Shown one piece after another: positions 57,843-64,000 of a stretch of 64,000 nt of DNA. The notes under the pieces were generated by a model, which was not told the origin of the DNA, made no database searches, and worked only from the letters and a program-made list of their open reading frames with translations. The stretch's first letter is position 1; the number at the start of each line of letters is the position of its first letter. Origin of the DNA: Deltaproteobacteria bacterium (GTDB taxonomy: Bacteria > JAMCPX01). Where the stretch lies: positions 84,274 through 148,273 of the forward strand of contig JAMCPX010000008.1 in the NCBI GenBank assembly GCA_023382265.1, written 5' to 3'. The position numbers were made by a program, and so were the translations under genes.

Positions 57843-57893
57843 GAGTTAACTCAAAAAAAGTAGTAAAAAGTTTTAGGTACAATTTTCCATTTT

Positions 57894-58017
57894 CCTCGCA
57901 GCATGCTGCGAGGAGTAAATAGAGCGTGATACCTTTGTTAGCTGTCATTCATGCGAAAGTAGAAATCCAGTTCTTTTGCCTTGCTTTTCTGGATTCTCAT
58001 TTACACATGAATGACAG
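57894..58017. other. Structured intergenic element: perfect 9-bp hairpin (cctcgcagc-atg-gctgcgagg) plus nested long stem-loop (12-bp outer stem 57942-57953/58006-58017, 7-bp inner stem)
   Basis: The inverted repeats can be read directly. The element lies in the 228-nt gap between two same-strand (-) genes and has no flanking U-tract. Confidence 0.3.
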
Positions 58018-58070
58018 GCAAGCAGTAAACTTGTAGGTTTCGGTCTTACGTTAACAAATAAAAGTTACAG

Positions 58071-58826
58071 CTATTTTTTATTCTTTATAGAATCCAATAA
58101 CTTCTGTGCAAGCGGTTTGTCAAACATAGCCCAATCCGCTCGGAATGTGGGAGTTGTAAAAGTTAACACCTTATTAAGGATCTCTCTGGCTTGATCATAT
58201 TTATCATCTTTTATATAAACCTTTCCCATTATGGCCATGGAGAGAGTAAAGTTTGGATCAACCTTTAAGGATCTGTTCAGGTAATCAAGTGCCTTTGAAT
58301 CACTGCCTCCTGCTATCCACGGAAGTTCGTAGTACATCTCGCCGTAAGCCTCAAGTACATTGTAATTGTTTTTATCAAGTGCATAAGCCTTACCAAGATA
58401 CTTCTTAAAATCCGGAAGCATGAATAATGAATTTATCACACCTTTATACTGGCTTATTCTTCCGATATTTGCAGCACACCAGAAATAACCCTGAGCGCCT
58501 TTTGGATTTAATGCTATTGCTTTCTTTGCAGCAGCCTCACCGGCTTGATAGTCCTTTAGTGTATTCGTATGGGTCAGCTTTGATTGATCCCCCAATGTTA
58601 AATAAGCCTTCGACAGCATGTTGTAGGCTTTGTACTGGATCTGAGGTGCATCGTTCTCCATTATGATCTGATTATACATGTCAATAGATTTCTGGATATT
58701 TGTTATATCCTTGTCATAATCATTGAATACCTTATTTGCATCTTCGAGTGTGAGTGCATAGGCGCTTACCGATAAAGCGAATGTTAGAGCCACAGTCAGA
58801 ATTGTTAAAATCTTTAATTTAAACAT
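58071..58826 (-). CDS. TPR-repeat protein with signal peptide
   Basis: Has an N-terminal signal peptide and repeated helical A/Y/L-rich 34-residue TPR-like units. Confidence 0.6.
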   Translation of the reverse strand: MFKLKILTILTVALTFALSVSAYALTLEDANKVFNDYDKDITNIQKSIDMYNQIIMENDAPQIQYKAYNMLSKAYLTLGDQSKLTHTNTLKDYQAGEAAAKKAIALNPKGAQGYFWCAANIGRISQYKGVINSLFMLPDFKKYLGKAYALDKNNYNVLEAYGEMYYELPWIAGGSDSKALDYLNRSLKVDPNFTLSMAIMGKVYIKDDKYDQAREILNKVLTFTTPTFRADWAMFDKPLAQKLLDSIKNKK

Positions 58827-58936
58827 ATTTCCTCCTTTTATGTATTATTGATTTTATATATCCCAATACATTTGATTAATCAAGGATTCGTATTGTTACA
58901 TAACAACAATCTATAAACCCCGCAATCTCTAATATA

Positions 58937-59761
58937 CTATGATTTGTTTAAAAGATCTTTTACGGCTATACTAAAACCGGCTGGACCTATCGCGTTAATC
59001 TTTTGTACTGCTAACTTAAAATGGGTAAATGTATTATCGGGCTTTTTTACTGCATAAGGTATCATAACATTAGCAAGCATAGGCTCATCGTTTTTGCCTT
59101 CACCTATACCAACGGTTGTTAGATTATTATGTGTGTTTTTGTAAATAGAAATCAGTTTACTTACGCCTTCTCCCTTGTCGGTATTACCCATAAGATGATA
59201 AAACCTTGTACCAGCATAGACCTTTAGGCCATTGTCATATGCAACTTTTGTTATGCTTTCTATTACATCCTTTTTTTTTACAAGAAACGGTTCATCATAC
59301 AACCTCTGTTTAGCCATGCCTGCAAGATACTCGCTAAGGTTCAGGTACTTTGCAACATCACGTACAGACATATCACCAAACCCCACAATATTATCGCCGG
59401 ATTCTTTTTTCATCTCTGCAAAAACCTGTCTGATCTTCTTATAATCGGTTCCAAGTTCTATGGTTACATAGCCGCCAAATTCCTTATACTGTTTGTAGGG
59501 CTTGAGCGGTTTAAACTGTTTAAATTGTTCTACCGGTATATAAATTGCGCCCCCGTTTTCGACAATAAACGGATCAACGTTATTCGTTTGTTTTCTGAAG
59601 TACAAAACTTCTGTGTAGGATTTACTCGTACAAAAGATGAGGGGTATATCATACTTTTTCAGAAGTTCAATTCCGTTTGCAGAGGCTTTTGGAGAGTAAG
59701 TATTATAGTCAAGCAGTGTTCCGTCAAGATCGGTAAAAACGATCAAAAATCTTTTAGGCAT
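58937..59761 (-). CDS. HAD-IIB family hydrolase (mannosyl-3-phosphoglycerate phosphatase-like)
   Basis: FTDLDGTLLD is HAD motif I. The motif spacing and ~274 aa length are typical of the MpgP/YedP subfamily. Confidence 0.75.
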   Translation of the reverse strand: MPKRFLIVFTDLDGTLLDYNTYSPKASANGIELLKKYDIPLIFCTSKSYTEVLYFRKQTNNVDPFIVENGGAIYIPVEQFKQFKPLKPYKQYKEFGGYVTIELGTDYKKIRQVFAEMKKESGDNIVGFGDMSVRDVAKYLNLSEYLAGMAKQRLYDEPFLVKKKDVIESITKVAYDNGLKVYAGTRFYHLMGNTDKGEGVSKLISIYKNTHNNLTTVGIGEGKNDEPMLANVMIPYAVKKPDNTFTHFKLAVQKINAIGPAGFSIAVKDLLNKS

Positions 59762-59764
59762 TGT

Positions 59765-60805
59765 TTATACTATATCCCATGGTTTTGGTAAAAAAATACT
59801 ATTATACTTGGCAAGCGCATATCTGTCTGTCATACCGGATATAAAATCGGTGATCCGTTTTTCAAGAGGATCCTTTATAACATAAAAACCCGCTTCTTTC
59901 TCAAACAGTGACGGATTATCTTTATAATAATAAAATAATTGTGTCAGTATGTGCTCGCATTTCTCTAACTCTTTATGCACAACATCACTCTCGTACACAT
60001 GTTCGTATAAAAAGTCCCGGAGCATATTAAGTGAGTCCATGACATCATTCTCTATAGAGATCGTTTCATAGTCGATTGCCGATGTTGCAGAAATCACACT
60101 TTTTACCATTGAATCGATGCGTTTTGAATATGTGTTACCCAGTATTTTAACGGCTTTTCCAGGCAGATTGCTTTCTGTTATAACACCCGCCCTTATCGCA
60201 TCATCTATATCGTGGTTTACATAGGCAATAATATCTGCAAGCCTTACAATTCTGCCTTCAAGCGTTACCGCGGTGCAGTCAGAAGAGCTTGACATAATCG
60301 GTCCCTTGCCTTTTGAATGTTTTGATATCCCATCCCTCACTTCAAACGATAGGTTTAGACCTTTACCGTTCCTTTCGAGGACATCGACCACCCTGAGACT
60401 TTGAATATAATGTTTAAACCCTTTAGGGTTTAACTTATTCAAAACGAGTTCGCCAGCATGACCAAATGGTGTATGTCCAAGATCGTGGCCTAGCCCTATT
60501 GCTTCGGTGAGTTCCTCATTAAGTCTTAATGACCTGGAGATCGTTCTTGCTATCTGGGTAACCTCAAGTGTATGTGTAAGCCTTGTTCTGTAGTGATCCC
60601 CTTTTGGCAGGAGCAGTACCTGCGTTTTATACATAAGCCTTCTGAACGACTTGCTGTGCAAAATGCGATCCCTGTCATGCTGGAATATGGGTCTTATGGC
60701 ACATGGCTTTTCCCTCCTGACTCTGCCTTTTGAGTTTACACTAAGCATGGCCACTGGGTGCAGAGTTTGTTTTTCCTGCTGTTCTAACATTTCTCTGATA
60801 AGCAT
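59765..60805 (-). CDS. dGTPase-like HD-domain deoxynucleoside triphosphate triphosphohydrolase
   Basis: Has the HD motif (..[10 protein letters not shown]..) and a dGTP triphosphohydrolase-like N-terminus ([14 protein letters not shown]). Confidence 0.8.
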   Translation of the reverse strand: MLIREMLEQQEKQTLHPVAMLSVNSKGRVRREKPCAIRPIFQHDRDRILHSKSFRRLMYKTQVLLLPKGDHYRTRLTHTLEVTQIARTISRSLRLNEELTEAIGLGHDLGHTPFGHAGELVLNKLNPKGFKHYIQSLRVVDVLERNGKGLNLSFEVRDGISKHSKGKGPIMSSSSDCTAVTLEGRIVRLADIIAYVNHDIDDAIRAGVITESNLPGKAVKILGNTYSKRIDSMVKSVISATSAIDYETISIENDVMDSLNMLRDFLYEHVYESDVVHKELEKCEHILTQLFYYYKDNPSLFEKEAGFYVIKDPLEKRITDFISGMTDRYALAKYNSIFLPKPWDIV

Positions 60806-60975
60806 GTGTTTATAGTACCATCGTTTAATTATGAATGTAGAGGCAATTCATGAGCTGCCGCTACAACAAAACAACCCCGTTTTCTTTTCGCCGTGTGACT
60901 GCTCTAATAATATGGACGGCTGCATGGGTTTACCCATACAAATCGTGAACCAGTGCAATGACGTATACATATGCC

Positions 60976-62175
60976 TTATTTCACAGCAGGCGGTGGATGC
61001 GTTATTGCGATATTAAGATTAGCGGCAGAATCATTTTGATCAAGCATATCCCTTGTCAGGAAAAGGCTGCTGTTATTGTGGCAATTTGTACAGCTCGATA
61101 TGCTGTCACCTCCATTTTGCGGGGTAATAAGCTGTATGTTATGGGGATACGTATTCTGCCATGTCGGCACAAGATCAAAACCCGGAAGAAGACCAAACCC
61201 GAAATAATCAAAAGTATCCCTTGTGATGGGGTAATGCCTTACGGTTGTATAGATATAGGATTCTGTTGTTATATCGTTAAGCCCGATCCTGAAATCCGTT
61301 TGTGTGAACTGTGCCGCACCTATATACTGATTTCCCGAGTACATGCTTATATAATCATACGTGTTTTTATAAGGTAGTGAGTGACATACGGTGCAATTGA
61401 GAGTTCCCATCTGTGGTATGTTGTGTTCTGTGATACCCGAAGTACCATTGGTAACATCGGTATGACACATACCGCATTGGGGCATCTCCTTTACCTGCCA
61501 CATTGTTGTATAGGTTATACCATCACCGTGTATGCCGTTGCTGTGACAGTCCTTGCATTGAAAGCCGAGATTATAATGAACATCGGGCGGATTGCTTGAT
61601 AGACCTTCAAATTCCTGTGCTTGTGTTGTGTGGCACTGATTACACGTGTCCTGCATTGATGCGACTGTAAATTCATGTCCTTCGATCAGTCCGCCGGTAA
61701 TTGGTCTTTGCACATGACAACCGCCGCAAGATGCATGGCAGGTCTGACAGTCTACTTTGTTTGGAGTGTTTAAATTGTTATAGTATGAACAGGAGATTTT
61801 CTGTAAATAAGATTTCTCCCCGGCAAGGGTGTAATGCAAGCTGGTTGTATAGCTCTGGACAATCCCTGCATGGCAATTTGCGCATACCGTATTTGGATCA
61901 AGAGATGGATCGTTTACGATACCATTGTGTGCCTGAACCATTGAAGTGGTAGAAGAATCTCCTTTATGACAGTCCACGCATTGCATAACGTTATGCGGGG
62001 AATTCAAAAAAGCGGATGTAACAAGGAAATCGGCAGGATTTATGGAGGAAGCCGATGCCTGAAGCATCGAAGCACTTGTGTGGCATACTTTACAATTATT
62101 TATGTTGTTTACTTCACTTTTGCCGCACCCTGCAATCACCAGAGCTATAAACATAAGAACTAATAGCTTTTTCAT
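60976..62175 (-). CDS. Decaheme c-type cytochrome lipoprotein
   Basis: Has a lipoprotein signal (IAGCG) and ten CxxCH motifs (CKVCH, CVDCH, CANCH, CQTCH, CGGCH, CNQCH, CKDCH, CGMCH, CTVCH, CTNCH). Confidence 0.85.
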   Translation of the reverse strand: MKKLLVLMFIALVIAGCGKSEVNNINNCKVCHTSASMLQASASSINPADFLVTSAFLNSPHNVMQCVDCHKGDSSTTSMVQAHNGIVNDPSLDPNTVCANCHAGIVQSYTTSLHYTLAGEKSYLQKISCSYYNNLNTPNKVDCQTCHASCGGCHVQRPITGGLIEGHEFTVASMQDTCNQCHTTQAQEFEGLSSNPPDVHYNLGFQCKDCHSNGIHGDGITYTTMWQVKEMPQCGMCHTDVTNGTSGITEHNIPQMGTLNCTVCHSLPYKNTYDYISMYSGNQYIGAAQFTQTDFRIGLNDITTESYIYTTVRHYPITRDTFDYFGFGLLPGFDLVPTWQNTYPHNIQLITPQNGGDSISSCTNCHNNSSLFLTRDMLDQNDSAANLNIAITHPPPAVK

Positions 62176-62205
62176 CCCGTCCTCCTTTTGACGATATAAA
62201 AAATA

Positions 62206-62730
62206 TCAAAAATAATAATGTATGCCTGCATTTATAGTATCAGCAGAAATGCCAAATGCTGTACCGTATCCATCGAGATATTTTACACCGAGATCGAGCT
62301 CGAGATTAAACCCGAGATTCGGAAGTCCCTGAAAGAAAAATTCTATACCGCCTAAAGCACCAAGGCTGAAACCCGTTTTCATCTCTACTCCTGTAGCTGT
62401 TGAAACCGGTTGATTAAAAACGTATAAACCAGCGCCTGTATACAAGTTCATATTGGCTTCTTCCATTACATTATACAGGAATTTACCTCCGAGCCCAAAC
62501 GATGTCTGGCTGCTGCCGTTGTTTGGTGAAAAATTCAGAAAGGCAAAATCTCCCTGAATCCCCATGTCTTTGTTAAACCAGTACCTTGCAGATGCTGCAT
62601 CAAGATGCTGGTTTATGCCTATCTGCGAATTAAAACCGGCACCAATTCTTTCACTGAGATCCTTTGCCCATAGCTTGGGAACAATACCTACACTCAGCAA
62701 TCCCATTAAAACGAGTACTTTTATCTTCAT
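62206..62730 (-). CDS. Small outer-membrane beta-barrel protein (OmpW/OmpA-like 8-strand barrel)
   Basis: Has a signal peptide (..LWA), alternating hydrophobic beta-strand pattern and a C-terminal ...GIHYYF aromatic terminus. The start was set at ATG 62730, which follows AAGGAG. Confidence 0.7.
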   Translation of the reverse strand: MKIKVLVLMGLLSVGIVPKLWAKDLSERIGAGFNSQIGINQHLDAASARYWFNKDMGIQGDFAFLNFSPNNGSSQTSFGLGGKFLYNVMEEANMNLYTGAGLYVFNQPVSTATGVEMKTGFSLGALGGIEFFFQGLPNLGFNLELDLGVKYLDGYGTAFGISADTINAGIHYYF

Positions 62731-62960
62731 AAACAGCTCCTTTATCATGTGTTTTTTGGATATTAACAAAATCTAATATATAAGCAAGCAAACTCTTCAA
62801 AAAAATGCATATAAATAAATGAAAGGAACTCGCCTCTGGTTTAAGAATTTTGAATCCGGTATCTATGTTCACCAAACTTCAGCAGTGCTTTTGATTTTAA
62901 AATGACAAAAACAAATATCTATTTGACTAACACCTGTATCACATATATCATGCTAACAAT

Positions 62961-64000
62961 ATGTTTTTAAAAAGGCTTAATTTTACATTTTTCATTACGT
63001 TATGCTTGTGCCTTTTGTCCTCCGTTTCAAAAGCAGATCAACCATCTATTGAATCACAAAAATATCCTGTAATTACAGCCACCACCCAAACTTCCACAAC
63101 CGTGCATAGCTTCTCAGATTCTATTAACAGTATCTGGGAACAAAGAATTACTTCAACGGATTATGCGTCAATCGTTAAACGTATTAATAAGATAAAACTC
63201 GATAACGGGTTTACCAATCTTTATCCATACAGCCTTGCGCTTATTTATGAATCAAATGAAAAGGCATCAATGAAATTAGTGGACTACGCAGCATTGTTAT
63301 CACCGTCTATGCCGGAGCCGTACTTGTTGTTGTCATACCATATTTTAACATCCAGACATCCGGAGTACGCCAATGCGTTAATGTATTTAATGAAAGGCAT
63401 TAAGCTCTTTTTTGCCGATCCTTACAATCTTATGAGATTTATATCAAACAGGCTCATCAATATTACCTTCGCTATATTTTTTACATCCATTATTTTTAGC
63501 CTATTACTGTTGTTCAGGTATTATCCTCAAATACATAAAACCGTAAGAAGTATATTGCCCGGCATTGTTCCCAATTATGCCATAGTTGTCTTTGCCATAA
63601 TAATAGGGCTGATACCATTATTATTCGGTTTGGGGCCTATATGGCTAATAATTTTATGGCTTTTTATGACACTCATTTATCAGAAACCTGCCGAACGTAT
63701 TTTAAGCATTGGCTTTATAGCATTTCTTGCCATGTTTACCTATATCACGCTTATCGGAGTTGCTACTATTCTGGAACCCGTGGAACAGCCTTTGACAAGC
63801 ATAATGGACATTTATTATGGGACATCTTTAAAAAGCGATATATACAAATTAAAATCTTATGCAGACAGTCATCCGGATGATCTATACAGTAACTTATACA
63901 CAGGACTTTATCTTAAGAAGACAGGGGATTACGGCAGCGCCTTTACCTATTATAAAAGGCTTATAAACGATGGATATGAGAACTCACCTCTCCTGCTTAT
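62961..64000 (+). CDS. Membrane protein with N-terminal signal/periplasmic domain, multiple TM helices and a TPR-like C-terminal region; 3'-partial
   Basis: The reading frame is open from ATG 62961 to the window end with no stop, more than 346 codons. It is absent from the ORF track, presumably because it has no in-window stop. It is divergent from the OMP/decaheme pair. Confidence 0.5.
   Translation, partial: MFLKRLNFTFFITLCLCLLSSVSKADQPSIESQKYPVITATTQTSTTVHSFSDSINSIWEQRITSTDYASIVKRINKIKLDNGFTNLYPYSLALIYESNEKASMKLVDYAALLSPSMPEPYLLLSYHILTSRHPEYANALMYLMKGIKLFFADPYNLMRFISNRLINITFAIFFTSIIFSLLLLFRYYPQIHKTVRSILPGIVPNYAIVVFAIIIGLIPLLFGLGPIWLIILWLFMTLIYQKPAERILSIGFIAFLAMFTYITLIGVATILEPVEQPLTSIMDIYYGTSLKSDIYKLKSYADSHPDDLYSNLYTGLYLKKTGDYGSAFTYYKRLINDGYENSPLLL

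Noticed and set aside
1-64000. CRISPR arrays, rRNA, IS elements or integrases
   Set aside because: No regularly spaced direct repeats, no rRNA-like conserved blocks and no transposase or integrase-like ORFs were recognisable anywhere in the window.

Overview
This is a 64 kb bacterial chromosomal window with low-GC, AT-rich codon usage. It spans the replication-origin neighbourhood, with mnmG and mnmE divergent from dnaA and dnaN and DnaA-box palindromes upstream of dnaA. The many c-type cytochromes and the Cyc2/Cyt572-like protein suggest a Nitrospirota-like or similar anaerobic thermophile lineage, but that is inference only.

The window holds three layers of content.

1. Housekeeping genes: partial btuF-like binding protein, mnmG, bcp, a PIF1-like helicase, mnmE, dnaA, dnaN, MTAP, recN, nadK, rarA, livHMG, yceD-rpmF-plsX-fabD-fabG-acpP-fabF-rpiB-glyA-nrdR, rnhA and a dGTPase-like HD hydrolase.

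2. A dense respiratory/extracellular-electron-transfer neighbourhood at 13.9-19.8 kb:
- a monoheme class-I cytochrome c;
- a fused monoheme-cytochrome/beta-barrel outer-membrane protein resembling Cyc2/Cyt572 iron oxidases;
- divergent from these, a tightly coupled operon of pentaheme cytochrome c, a small membrane subunit, a Rieske protein, a long cytochrome b and a second pentaheme cytochrome c.
A second cytochrome locus (decaheme lipoprotein plus a small outer-membrane barrel) lies at 61-62.7 kb.

3. Two higher-GC, probably horizontally acquired islands:
- Island A (about 20.1-27.1 kb) abuts tRNA-Ser(CGA). It carries lipid-metabolism genes, a SAM methyltransferase, a decayed vapBC pair, a core merA and a MerR C-terminal fragment.
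- Island B (about 38.3-43.1 kb) carries a GT2 glycosyltransferase, an MMPL/RND-type exporter fused to a C-terminal SAM methyltransferase, and an LpxL-like lysophospholipid acyltransferase.

No CRISPR array, rRNA or obvious transposase or integrase was seen. Several ORF-track starts were re-assigned from RBS and family logic.
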